Assembly (NCBI GenBank): GCA_963706325.1
Contig: CAVPLT010000004.1
Location: 192,001-256,000, forward strand
Length of the DNA stretch: 64,000 nucleotides
Direction: 5' to 3'
Source: an uncultured Nitrospiraceae bacterium
Lineage (GTDB): Bacteria; Nitrospirota; Nitrospiria; Nitrospirales; Nitrospiraceae
The number at the start of each line of letters is the position of its first letter. Position 1 is the first letter of the stretch. A program made the position numbers and the translations under genes. The notes under the pieces were generated by a model. The model saw only the letters and a program-made list of their open reading frames with translations. It was not told where the DNA came from and ran no database searches. Positions 19,817 to 29,124 of this stretch are shown here, one piece after another.

Positions 19817-20125
19817 TTACTTCCTAGCCTTGCCTGAGTCTTGGGGTGTCTTGGGGCGGTCTTTTTCCTTGTCGCCTCCGGTCACCTTCTTGAACGTGTC
19901 GCCGATCGCTGGTCCGATTTTCGGAATCTCTTCCTCGATATTTTTCGCAGCGCTTTTGATTCCTCGTCCTAGATTTTCAAGAGTCAGGCCCTGGTTTGAT
20001 CCAGCCTTGCCCGTATTCGTAGGTTCCGACGCTTGGATGTAAACCGCACCAAGCGCGGTGGGAATACACAGGGCCAGGGGTAGAAATACAACTGATGCTC
20101 GCATCAAGCCTCTCGTTCTATTCAA
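19817..20125 (-). CDS. Small exported hypothetical protein
   Basis: Signal-peptide-like N-terminus; amphipathic LGRGIKSAAKNIEEEIPKIG. Confidence 0.6.
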   Translation of the reverse strand: MNRTRGLMRASVVFLPLALCIPTALGAVYIQASEPTNTGKAGSNQGLTLENLGRGIKSAAKNIEEEIPKIGPAIGDTFKKVTGGDKEKDRPKTPQDSGKARK

Positions 20126-20218
20126 TAGTATCGGAGAAGGCGCTGTACGGCAATGGCCCGGCCAGGGCCAAACTGATTAGGAGGATCAGCAAACGGGTGC
20201 GATCGGGCAGCATATTGG

Positions 20219-20248
20219 TTGACCGCTGGTGGCAGCATGAGGTACAGT
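20219..20248 (+). promoter_or_regulatory. Sigma-70 promoter of DEAD-box helicase (long 5' UTR)
   Basis: TTGACC-N18-TACAGT about 165 nt before the start. Confidence 0.55.
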
Positions 20249-20414
20249 GGTCACTAGTGCAGCATTGTATCGGTCCACCGGTGCTGAACTCTTCTATGTG
20301 GGCCGCGCGATCGCATCGCGACCAGGTCCAGTCTGGAGCTGACTCCCTTCGGATTCACCCTCCCCTCGGTTCTCTGATCCCGTCTTAATGCGATCACAAC
20401 GAAAGGATAGCCTC

Positions 20415-21710
20415 GTGCAGACGACTGCGTTTACTAGTTTTGACACCCTTGGTGTGTCTCCTACCCTCTTGCGGAATCTGACCAAAGCAGGTTTCGCTGA
20501 ACCGACGCCCATTCAAGCTCAAGCCATCCCCTATGCCCTCGCTGGCCGCGATGTCTTGGGATGCGCACAGACCGGGACCGGTAAGACTGCAGCTTTTGTC
20601 ATTCCCATGTTGGAACGTTTAAGCGGAACGCCGAAAGGCCAACCACGCGCGCTCATTCTGGCGCCGACTCGCGAGCTGGCGATTCAAATTCAGGGAACCA
20701 TCGATACCTTGGGTCGCGATTTGCAATTGTTCGCGACCACTGTCGTGGGTGGAGCGGACATGCAAGCCCAGGTGAGAGGTTTGCGGCAACGTCCGGATAT
20801 CATCGTTGCGACACCTGGACGGTTCCTCGATCACATGTGGAACGGAACCATCAGCCTACTCGCCATGACCATGCTGGTTCTGGATGAGGCGGACCGAATG
20901 TTGGATATGGGATTTTCCCAGCAGATTAACCAAATTCTCGACGCGATGCCTGAGGAGCGACAGACGTTGCTGTTCTCTGCCACCATGCCGACTGATCTTG
21001 CCCGATTGGCTCAGGCCAGTGTGAAGGATCCCGTGAGAGTCATGGTTACCAAGTCTGCGGCGACTGCCGACGGTGTTTCCCAAGCCGTGCATCACACCAC
21101 GCATGACCGCAAAAACGCTCTTTTAATGTCCCTCCTCCAGACTGAGTCGGATACCGTCCTGGTCTTCGCCAGGACGAAGCATCGGGCAGATCGATTGGGA
21201 AATATGCTGGATACAGCTGGCCATCGCGTTGCGGTATTGCACGGTGGACGCACTCTGCCACAGCGCCGCGCAGCGTTGGAGGGATTTCGGCGGGGGACGT
21301 TTCGGGTGCTGGTGGCCACCGACATCGCCGCACGGGGAATCGATGTGGCGAATATCGCCCATGTGATTAACTACGATGTGCCCAATTGTCCGGAAGACTA
21401 CGTCCATCGAATCGGACGGACGGCTCGCATGAGAGCAACTGGCCGGGCGACGACATTTGTCACGGCGGAGGACCACGAACAATTGCGCGCGATCGAGCAG
21501 TTGCTGGGTCAAGCGGTACCGCGTGCGGATGGGAGTCTGGCTTCACCCACCATGATGACCCGATCTGAGGGGCACCCCGCGCGAAGCGAACCTGAGCGTC
21601 GTCGACGACGCGGAGCCTCATCCCAGAGGTGGCGCCAGACTGTCGAGGGTGGGGGGCGCGAGTCGAGCGGGGAAATTAAACATGGAAGTGATCTTGGACC
21701 AGTGTCTTAA
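20415..21710 (+). CDS. rhlE: DEAD-box ATP-dependent RNA helicase, RhlE-like
   Basis: Q-motif PTPIQ, AQTGTGKT, PTRELA, TPGR, DEAD, SAT, ARGID, HRIGRTAR; GTG start after SD AAGGA. Confidence 0.92.
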   Translation: MQTTAFTSFDTLGVSPTLLRNLTKAGFAEPTPIQAQAIPYALAGRDVLGCAQTGTGKTAAFVIPMLERLSGTPKGQPRALILAPTRELAIQIQGTIDTLGRDLQLFATTVVGGADMQAQVRGLRQRPDIIVATPGRFLDHMWNGTISLLAMTMLVLDEADRMLDMGFSQQINQILDAMPEERQTLLFSATMPTDLARLAQASVKDPVRVMVTKSAATADGVSQAVHHTTHDRKNALLMSLLQTESDTVLVFARTKHRADRLGNMLDTAGHRVAVLHGGRTLPQRRAALEGFRRGTFRVLVATDIAARGIDVANIAHVINYDVPNCPEDYVHRIGRTARMRATGRATTFVTAEDHEQLRAIEQLLGQAVPRADGSLASPTMMTRSEGHPARSEPERRRRRGASSQRWRQTVEGGGRESSGEIKHGSDLGPVS

Positions 21711-21739
21711 ATTCTAGGACCATACGTGGCAAGGGAGGA

Positions 21740-22084
21740 ATGATGGTAAGTGATCAGAAACACGATGCGACCCGGGCGGTGAGTCAATGGCTTAGAATTC
21801 CTGATGGAACGATGGTGCAACATCGTTTGGATGGGCAAAAGGGGCATATCGACGGACTTACTGAGATTGTTACAGGGCCGAGCAGGAATCCTGACGGTAG
21901 GACTCAGTATCGAATCAATGTTGGCAAGGGAGACAGGGTGCTGATTGCGGAGGAGGATCTCTTGATTGTGACGGATGCCGAGGGGCTAGTCAAAATGGCG
22001 AAGGAGAAGGGTGAATACCGCTCACTCGTCAACAAACAGTTGCGTGGCGTGTTCGGAGAAGACCGCTTCGTCAAGATGGTTTAG
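21740..22084 (+). CDS. Conserved hypothetical protein (possible SH3-like beta fold)
   Basis: SD GGGAGG; RIPDGTMVQHR..GHIDGLTEIV..NPDGRTQYRINV. Confidence 0.7.
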   Translation: MMVSDQKHDATRAVSQWLRIPDGTMVQHRLDGQKGHIDGLTEIVTGPSRNPDGRTQYRINVGKGDRVLIAEEDLLIVTDAEGLVKMAKEKGEYRSLVNKQLRGVFGEDRFVKMV

Positions 22085-22128
22085 TTTGTCCCGCATCAAG
22101 TGGGCCATGGTTGACCCAGGAACCCTTG

Positions 22129-22317
22129 CTAATAGAGTGGTTCCTGGGGACCCCATTGCAACCCTTCTAAGTCAGGGTCATCACCTTCGGATGTCGTGGG
22201 GCGGGTTGGTTTTTCGGCCTTTCGCTGCACACGACGAGCTTCCTTTTCTCGCTGTTTGACTTGTTTGGCTTTTTCTCGATCGCGTTTCGCGATGGTCGTC
22301 TTACCTGCTCGTGCGAT
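22129..22317 (-). CDS. 62-aa basic small protein with apparent ATC start
   Basis: SD GGAGGAGG 5 nt before ATC; in-frame TAG just upstream; (M)ARAGKTTIAKRDREKAKQVKQREKEARRVQRKAEK..EGDDPDLEGLQWGPQEPLY*. Confidence 0.75.
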   Translation of the reverse strand: MARAGKTTIAKRDREKAKQVKQREKEARRVQRKAEKPTRPTTSEGDDPDLEGLQWGPQEPLY

Positions 22318-22371
22318 GGTTGCCTCCTCCTATTCGTTCCCTATTGAGGTAGTCGAATAGACTTGCTTTCG

Positions 22372-22653
22372 TTATGTGCCGGATGGTCGACGGGGGGTGT
22401 GTGTCGTGCTGGGGCGCGCATGGGCGCGCGCAGGTCGAACTTGGGTTTGTTCCGACCGTGCCCGAGTTTCCGCCCCGAATCCAGAACTTGCTAAGTTCGT
22501 GACAGCACGTCGAATTTCCTCCATGGGAGTCTCCTGGGATTCCAAAGAAGGGTCGACGAGTCCGAGTTGCGTCCAACGAATTCTCAGCTTCGGGACAGTT
22601 CGTTTTTTCTTGTGTGCAGGTTTGTTACCCCGCCAGACAGACGTAATTTTCAT
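22372..22653 (-). CDS. Hypothetical basic protein
   Basis: SD AAAGGAG 6 nt before ATG; no recognisable domain. Confidence 0.5.
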   Translation of the reverse strand: MKITSVWRGNKPAHKKKRTVPKLRIRWTQLGLVDPSLESQETPMEEIRRAVTNLASSGFGAETRARSEQTQVRPARAHARPSTTHTPRRPSGT

Positions 22654-22873
22654 CGTACACTCCTTTCGCCGAACAACAGAATGGCGATGTCCAGGCCATC
22701 AAACTGGGTGCAGTGGGGCCTACACAAAACCGCGCCCCATGCTTGCCCATTCGGTCATCCGGTGAGGGACGAATGGGCCCTAGGAGGAACGTAGTAAATA
22801 AGGGGAACAATCGCGCAGCAGTATCGCAGAAACGCGAAGCGTAGGGCATTGCTCATAGCTCGTACGGTGAGTG

Positions 22874-22903
22874 AACCTACCATGCTTTCGGTAGTCCGGT
22901 CAA
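22874..22903 (-). promoter_or_regulatory. Sigma-70 promoter (extended -10) for the two small minus-strand genes
   Basis: TTGACC-N18-TAGGTT, with TGG immediately before the -10 box. Confidence 0.6.
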
Positions 22904-23014
22904 GGAGCCCGCTGTGCTTCGACCGGGTGAGCAGTCGGCCCTAGCCAACAATCTGTGGTTACATGTCAGCAAGCTGCAGCATGTAGAGCTCCTCCGTTCA
23001 CATTTTCATAGGGA

Positions 23015-24568
23015 CTAGGGGCGGGGGCTTGGTTCCGGGAACCTGCTGGAGGGGCGTCGAATTCCCAGCTTCCGGAGACGGCTACGCAATGTCTCGGGGT
23101 TGAGTCCAAGCACTTGGGCCGCCCCCTGGTCGCCATAAATTCGCCATTTCGTCCGTCCCAGGACTTCCAGGATGTGATTGCGTTCTACTTCACCCAGGTT
23201 TTCAGACGAGTCTCTTGAAGGGCTAGCTCCCACCTGAATAGGCCGGAACAGCCTCTCGTCCACCGTCACGCAGGACGACCTGGATAGAATCACGGCCCGT
23301 TCGATCACATTATGCAGCTCGCGTACGTTGCCGGGCCAGTGATAGGTGAGCAGTCGTGCCATCGAGTGCGGATCAAACGTGAGGCGCGTTCGCTTCAGTT
23401 TCGCGCCGATCTGAGCGAGAAAATGCTGGGCCAAGAGAGGGATATCCTCCTGTCGGTCCCTGAGCGCCGGCAAGGCAATTGGGAAGATATGCAGGCGGTA
23501 ATACAGATCGGCTCGAAAGGTTCCTCGCTGTATAGCGGCCGACAAGTCCGCATTGGTGGCGGCAATTATGCGAACGTCTACCGAAACCGGCTGGGTTCCA
23601 CCGATTCTATCGACCATCCCGTCTTGCAGGACCCGCAGCAGCTTGGCCTGTGTTTCCAAAGGCATTTCGCCGATTTCATCCAGGAATAATGTGCCACTGT
23701 TAGCGAGCTCGAAACGTCCTGCACGGCGTAACTGGGCACCGGTAAATGCGCCCCGTTCATGACCGAATAATTCACTTTCGATGAGGCCTGCAGGGAGTGC
23801 CGCGCAATTGACGCGAATAAACGGCTTGGAGCTGCGTGCGCTCAAGTCGTGAAGGGCCTGAGCGAGCACTTCTTTTCCGGTTCCCGTTTCTCCGAGAAGG
23901 AGGACAGTCGTATCCGTTGGCGCGACGGCTTTGACCAAATCCACCACTTTCGTGAAAGCGGGTGATGTACCGACAATCAAGCGGAGATTGCGGCTGGCTT
24001 TGACCTCGTCCGCGAGATACTCATTTTCACGGCGCAATTGTTCGCTGAGTTGCTTGATTTGCTGGTAGGCCAGGACGTGATCGATGGCATAGGCGATCTG
24101 GGTCGCGACCTGCTGGAGGAATTTACAGTCATTGGGATCGGGATCGCCCGCTTGCACGCTGCCGATGTTCAACGTGCCGAGGCAATGGTCCTGGACGGGC
24201 AGCGGCAAATTAATCATCCGCCCGAGGCCCTCCTCGACGTAATAGCGATCTTCCAGGAACACCTGTTCTCGCTGGAGGTCTGCTCGGATGTGCAACCGCC
24301 GATGGTCATAGACCCATCCGACCGCGCTGCCTTGGCGGGGAATAACGGTGTCATGCGCGAGAGCTGGTGCCGCCAGGTTCGTGACGACGGCATAAAATCG
24401 AAAGGAATCGGTGTTGGGTTCGTACAGCGTGATGCCGGCGCGATCCCAGGGTATCACCTTTTGAATTTGATCAGCGATGACACGCCACAAACTCTCAATG
24501 TCCCGCTGCGAGTTCAGGGCGTTCGTGACTTCAAGGAGCGTTTCATAATTCAGGGTGGCGCGCTGCAT
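23015..24568 (-). CDS. GAF-AAA+-Fis sigma-54 enhancer-binding protein (FhlA-like)
   Basis: N-terminal [50 protein letters not shown]-terminal HTH. Confidence 0.95.
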   Translation of the reverse strand: MQRATLNYETLLEVTNALNSQRDIESLWRVIADQIQKVIPWDRAGITLYEPNTDSFRFYAVVTNLAAPALAHDTVIPRQGSAVGWVYDHRRLHIRADLQREQVFLEDRYYVEEGLGRMINLPLPVQDHCLGTLNIGSVQAGDPDPNDCKFLQQVATQIAYAIDHVLAYQQIKQLSEQLRRENEYLADEVKASRNLRLIVGTSPAFTKVVDLVKAVAPTDTTVLLLGETGTGKEVLAQALHDLSARSSKPFIRVNCAALPAGLIESELFGHERGAFTGAQLRRAGRFELANSGTLFLDEIGEMPLETQAKLLRVLQDGMVDRIGGTQPVSVDVRIIAATNADLSAAIQRGTFRADLYYRLHIFPIALPALRDRQEDIPLLAQHFLAQIGAKLKRTRLTFDPHSMARLLTYHWPGNVRELHNVIERAVILSRSSCVTVDERLFRPIQVGASPSRDSSENLGEVERNHILEVLGRTKWRIYGDQGAAQVLGLNPETLRSRLRKLGIRRPSSRFPEPSPRP

Positions 24569-24574
24569 GGCGGG

Positions 24575-26278
24575 TCAGAAATTTGTCCAGAGTTGCACAA
24601 TGCCCCAGTCCTGGTCGGCGGAGGTGCCCAATTGTTGCCGGATATAAGGACCAGAGAAAAAATGGCCGTAGATCACCGCCAAAGAAACTTTACCGTCAGC
24701 GAACATATGACTCCAGGCGATATCGAGTTCGTCGCCAATGTGCGTAGTCGTGTTACCGGACCGTGAGAAAATCAACGGCCCTTGAGAACCACGGTACCAG
24801 TTATCGCGCGCGCTTGCCAAGTATTTGCGCAGAGCCCAGATTTCGACGTGATCGCGCGCTGTGGGGCGTGCCTGTACATTGATCTGCGGCTGCACGCTGT
24901 TGCGCCAAGCCCCGTTTAACATGTATCCGACGTGGAGAAAGTTAGTCGGGAAGAAGTTCTCGAACGTGTTGGCATTGCCTCCGCAGCTGCGGACAAGCGC
25001 TCCCCCGGGTGGCACGCAGTTACTGTCGCCGTCTCCTGAAGCGTAGTCGAATCCGATAGCCAGTCGAGGTTTCCATTCGTGATTGTACAACGTATGACCG
25101 AACCAAGTTCCGGAGGCCCATGCATTAATGGCCAGATTGCGTTGATTGTCGAATCCAACGCCGTCAGCGGCGCGTCCGAACTGGTAGGCCGTCTCTTGTA
25201 CGAAGTCCCAATTGCCGTCACGAATTTCCATCCGCAGCCCAAGCATGTGCCGCAATTGAGACGCTGACTTCGGCGTAAACAGACCTGGATTGGCCTGTTC
25301 AGGAAGCCGGTTGGAGTAGAGCACATAATAGGGTTCCAGAATCATTCCTGGAACAGCTCGGATCTGATTGTACAGCACCACCATGTCGACGTCGCTGCTA
25401 GCATCGGTCCCCTGTTGTGCCAAAGCGGGATTGCACACTGCCGTTGAATTCGCCTCGGGGCTGCAGGTCAAGAGATTTAGACTCAGACTGCCACCTGGAT
25501 GCCCTTGCCCGAGGTCCGTCTCCGAATTCCGAAACCAGCCGAGCTTCATGTCAAAATCAGTCTTGGAATAACTCATCATGACTCCATCATGCGAGTACCC
25601 GGTGTTGGCCCAGTCGAAATGGCCAAACAAACGCTGATTTCCGAACACGAGATATTGGCGACCTATTTTGACACTGAGGCCGTCGATACCGGCCAGATTC
25701 CGGATCAACGCGTACCCGGCGCGTATGCCAAGTCTGCACTGTCCTGACCCTCGCGCCCCGCATTGATGGTTGAGCGCGTCGATGTCCTGGCTGCTTCCAG
25801 TCGGGCTGCCGTTTGCACCCCACGTCGCCGAGTCTTGCAGCTCAACATAGAAGTTGAGATGCGGCGAAGGATCGTAGCCCAGGCCTAGTCGCGCCCATTG
25901 CTGAATATAGAAGTCGCTGGCTTTGCCGCCGTCGTGTGCAGAGGTGCCCGATCCGGCGGCATTCAGACTGTTGCAAGCGCCGTTGATCGGAGGACCGCCC
26001 CCGAAGCAGACGCCGTTTCGCCATTCCGGCCGCACACGGAGGTCGGCGCGCATCCAGAAGTTCCGAATGTCAAATGCCGACCAGCCAGGTACCGCCGCGA
26101 CCTGGTCAGTTTCAGTTACGACCGATTCGGGCGAGGAGAAATATACCGGGGAGAGCGGTCCATACCCGACGTGCCCGGCTTCGGCTTGGAGAAGGTGGGG
26201 CGCAAGCATGACCCTTGATGTCTCAATGAGCACGAGGCAGAGTAGGAGAAAGCTCCAACTGGTAATGAAGCGAGGCAT
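24575..26278 (-). CDS. Alginate export (AlgE-like) family outer-membrane porin
   Basis: Signal peptide; LRVRPEWR, YVELQDS, KIGRQYLVFGNQRLFGHFDW, YDYASGD, FENFFPTN, terminal F. Confidence 0.85.
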   Translation of the reverse strand: MPRFITSWSFLLLCLVLIETSRVMLAPHLLQAEAGHVGYGPLSPVYFSSPESVVTETDQVAAVPGWSAFDIRNFWMRADLRVRPEWRNGVCFGGGPPINGACNSLNAAGSGTSAHDGGKASDFYIQQWARLGLGYDPSPHLNFYVELQDSATWGANGSPTGSSQDIDALNHQCGARGSGQCRLGIRAGYALIRNLAGIDGLSVKIGRQYLVFGNQRLFGHFDWANTGYSHDGVMMSYSKTDFDMKLGWFRNSETDLGQGHPGGSLSLNLLTCSPEANSTAVCNPALAQQGTDASSDVDMVVLYNQIRAVPGMILEPYYVLYSNRLPEQANPGLFTPKSASQLRHMLGLRMEIRDGNWDFVQETAYQFGRAADGVGFDNQRNLAINAWASGTWFGHTLYNHEWKPRLAIGFDYASGDGDSNCVPPGGALVRSCGGNANTFENFFPTNFLHVGYMLNGAWRNSVQPQINVQARPTARDHVEIWALRKYLASARDNWYRGSQGPLIFSRSGNTTTHIGDELDIAWSHMFADGKVSLAVIYGHFFSGPYIRQQLGTSADQDWGIVQLWTNF

Positions 26279-26391
26279 TGGTGGTCATTGAACATGGAAT
26301 CCTCCATTTGCCGGAAGAGGCACGAGGGCCGACGGCCCCTGATGGAACCGACGGCTCTGATGACAGATTCATAGTTCCATGGGGATCGATA

Positions 26392-26883
26392 CTAGAAACT
26401 CATGCCGGCTCGTTCGTCCATGTTACGCATGAACTCCTCGTGCGCCTTCACCGTGTCGGCGCCTTTGGCCCGGACGTGTCGATCACGCGCATGGAATTCA
26501 TCGGGAGTTACTCGATAGCAAAAATCCCACAAGGCATCGGCACTGTGTTCATCAATGCCACCAACTCGCGCCTCCAGCATGACCATGAGTGTGTTGACGC
26601 CATCGTAAGTGGCGCTGCGCTGGCCTGCGCGGTGCAACTCGCGGATCTTGCTCGTCTGATCGACATAGGATTGAAAACTGCCTGGAATCAAACTTTTCTC
26701 GGCCATGGTTTGGTATGTGACCACCTGCCCGAGCAGCTCTTCCGCCCACGCAGACGACTTCTGATTGCTGTTCCACACCACTGGTTCTAGGCCATTGGTG
26801 ATTGCATAAGCGGGCGAGAGCCCCCGCAGGTTCCAACCTCCGAGAATCACCAGCGCTGAAAGCATAACGACCGTTCGTTTCAT
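26392..26883 (-). CDS. Exported helical hypothetical protein (163 aa)
   Basis: SD AAGGAGGT; signal peptide ending AYA; His/Met-containing C-terminus. Confidence 0.8.
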   Translation of the reverse strand: MKRTVVMLSALVILGGWNLRGLSPAYAITNGLEPVVWNSNQKSSAWAEELLGQVVTYQTMAEKSLIPGSFQSYVDQTSKIRELHRAGQRSATYDGVNTLMVMLEARVGGIDEHSADALWDFCYRVTPDEFHARDRHVRAKGADTVKAHEEFMRNMDERAGMSF

Positions 26884-26968
26884 GTGGACCTCCTTGACGT
26901 CGCCGACTTGTGGACCGGCGTGGGTATGGATGTATGTGAATGAGCTGCCAGTTTCTGACCCCATATCT

Positions 26969-26985
26969 AGCAATGCTCATGCCTG
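26969..26985 (-). promoter_or_regulatory. Sigma-54 (-24/-12) promoter
   Basis: CAGGCATGAGCATTGCT = GG-N10-GC with TTGCT; operon encodes an EBP. Confidence 0.8.
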
Positions 26986-27008
26986 GAAATGCCGGCTTCC
27001 CGAATTCG

Positions 27009-27021
27009 CAACATGTTGATT
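27009..27021 (-). promoter_or_regulatory. IHF binding site
   Basis: AATCAACATGTTG matches WATCAANNNNTTR exactly; A/T tract 5' of it; just upstream of the -24 element. Confidence 0.75.
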
Positions 27022-27183
27022 TATTTTAATACCAAGAAAAAAACTCTTTGACCGATCTCACGGATCGTTAAACGAAACGGTGCTGCGTTAAAGGGAACGG
27101 CGCGTGATGGATAAGCGAACGATCACGCTTGTGGTGCATTGATGGCCGGCAGGAGGCGCTATCGAACTTGACGAGCTCTTCTA

Positions 27184-29124
27184 TCACCCACCGTGGCTTG
27201 AGTGTTTGAGGAAGATAACGGAGAGTGCGGGTAAGGTTAAAGTCAGTGAGTGAGTTCGTCCGTGCAGAGGCACCGGAGTCGCGGAGACTCCACCGCCATT
27301 GCCCCATCCCGCTCCACCGTAAAGGGTGGCGTCACTGTTCAACAACTCTCTCCAATATCCACCTCGTGGTGCTCCGACGCGGTAGTTAGGGCGAGGAACG
27401 GGAGTGAAATTGCAGATCACTAGAATCACGTCATCGGTCGTGCGTGCTTTTCGGATGAGGCTGATTACGCTGGATTCGACATCCTGACAATCAATCCATT
27501 CAATACCGGAGGGGTGGACGTCTCCCTCATGCAGCGCGTGTTCCTGACGATAGGTGCGATTGAGATCGGTGACCCATTGCTGCATACCGCGATGCAAGGG
27601 GTCATCTAATGTGTCCCACTGCAGCTGGCCGTCATGCGCCCATTCAGCTCGTTGGCCGAATTCGCCACCCATAAACAAGAGCTTTTTAGCAGCCTGTGAA
27701 TACATGTGCCCGAATAACACCCGGAGGTTGGCGAATTTGTTCCATTCGTCCCCTGGCATTTTTCCTAACAGCGAACCTTTCCCATAGACCACTTCGTCGT
27801 GTGAGAGGGGCAGCACGAAATTTTCGTGAAAGGCGTAGACCATACGGAAAGTAAGATTGTGATGATGGTATCTCCGGTTGATGGGGTCCTCTTGCATATA
27901 GGACAGCGTGTCATGCATCCAACCCATATCCCATTTCAAGCCGAAGCCTAAGCCACCAAGGTAAGTGGGGCGGGACACCAACGGCCAGGCAGTAGATTCC
28001 TCGGCGATGGTTTGAGCATCAGGATAGTGCCGATAGACCTCTTCATTAAATCGCTTCAAGAATGAAATGGCCTCGAGATTCTCGCGTCCGCCGTATCGGT
28101 TTGGAATCCACTCTCCTTCTTTCCGAGAATAATCCAAATACAGCATGGAGGCCACAGCGTCCACGCGGAGTCCATCAAAGTGATACTTATCCAGCCAGAA
28201 CAGCCCGCTGCTGATGAGAAAGCTCCGCACCTCGTTGCGTCCGAAATTGAAGACAAAGGTGTTCCAGTCCGGTTGGAAGCCCTGCTGCGGATTGGCATGT
28301 TCATAAAGATGCGTGCCGTCGAAGAACCCCAGCCCATGTTCATCGGTAGGAAAGTGGGAGGGCACCCAATCCAGCAAGACCCCAATTCCATGGTTGTGCA
28401 AGGTATCGACAAGATACATGAGGTCTTGCGGCGTCCCGTAATTTCCGGATGGCGCAAAGTAGCCCGTGGTCTGATAACCCCAGGAACCAAAGAACGGATG
28501 GTCCGTCAGCGGAAGAAACTCCACATGCGTGAACCCCATCTGTTGTAAGTATTCGGCGAGGGGAACCGCCAGTTCACGGTAACTCAGCGATCGATTCTGT
28601 TCCTCGGCGATCCGTCTCCAGGATCCCACATGCATTTCATAAATGGCGATAGGTGCGTTTAGCGCATTCGCTTGCCGGCGCCTGCGCATCCAGTCGGCAT
28701 CAGTCCAGTTATAGTCGAGATCCCAGACGATCGACGCCGACTTGGGAGGAATTTCATTGAAGAAGGAGAGCGGGTCGCTCTTATCGACCTGATAGCCGGA
28801 GTAGCGAGACTGAACATGATACTTATACAAGGACCCTTTCGCAGCCTCAGGAATGAATCCTTCCCAAATTCCAGAATGTCCTCTCGGATGGAGCTGGTGC
28901 GTCCCGTCCTGCCAGTCGTTGAAGGATCCGATGACGGATACCCGCTCGGCTTCCGGCGCCCATACCGCAAAGTGAGTCCCTTGTTGCCCATTGACGCTGC
29001 CGAGATGCGCGCCGAGCTTGTCGTACAGTTGAAACTGCGTGCCCTCGTTGAACAGAAAGACATCATCATCGGTCAGCTTGCTGATTGAGTGAATGGGCAT
29101 CTGTGTCGTGTCCTGTTGAGTCAT
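27184..29124 (-). CDS. glgB: 1,4-alpha-glucan branching enzyme
   Basis: [60 protein letters not shown]. Confidence 0.97.
   Translation of the reverse strand: MTQQDTTQMPIHSISKLTDDDVFLFNEGTQFQLYDKLGAHLGSVNGQQGTHFAVWAPEAERVSVIGSFNDWQDGTHQLHPRGHSGIWEGFIPEAAKGSLYKYHVQSRYSGYQVDKSDPLSFFNEIPPKSASIVWDLDYNWTDADWMRRRRQANALNAPIAIYEMHVGSWRRIAEEQNRSLSYRELAVPLAEYLQQMGFTHVEFLPLTDHPFFGSWGYQTTGYFAPSGNYGTPQDLMYLVDTLHNHGIGVLLDWVPSHFPTDEHGLGFFDGTHLYEHANPQQGFQPDWNTFVFNFGRNEVRSFLISSGLFWLDKYHFDGLRVDAVASMLYLDYSRKEGEWIPNRYGGRENLEAISFLKRFNEEVYRHYPDAQTIAEESTAWPLVSRPTYLGGLGFGLKWDMGWMHDTLSYMQEDPINRRYHHHNLTFRMVYAFHENFVLPLSHDEVVYGKGSLLGKMPGDEWNKFANLRVLFGHMYSQAAKKLLFMGGEFGQRAEWAHDGQLQWDTLDDPLHRGMQQWVTDLNRTYRQEHALHEGDVHPSGIEWIDCQDVESSVISLIRKARTTDDVILVICNFTPVPRPNYRVGAPRGGYWRELLNSDATLYGGAGWGNGGGVSATPVPLHGRTHSLTLTLPALSVIFLKHSSHGG

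Noticed and set aside
26324..26358. Tandem CCGACGGC repeats resembling guanidine-II (mini-ykkC) ACGR hairpins
   Set aside because: Stems do not close around the ACGG loops and the motif is antisense to the operon; better read as one intergenic stem-loop on the minus strand
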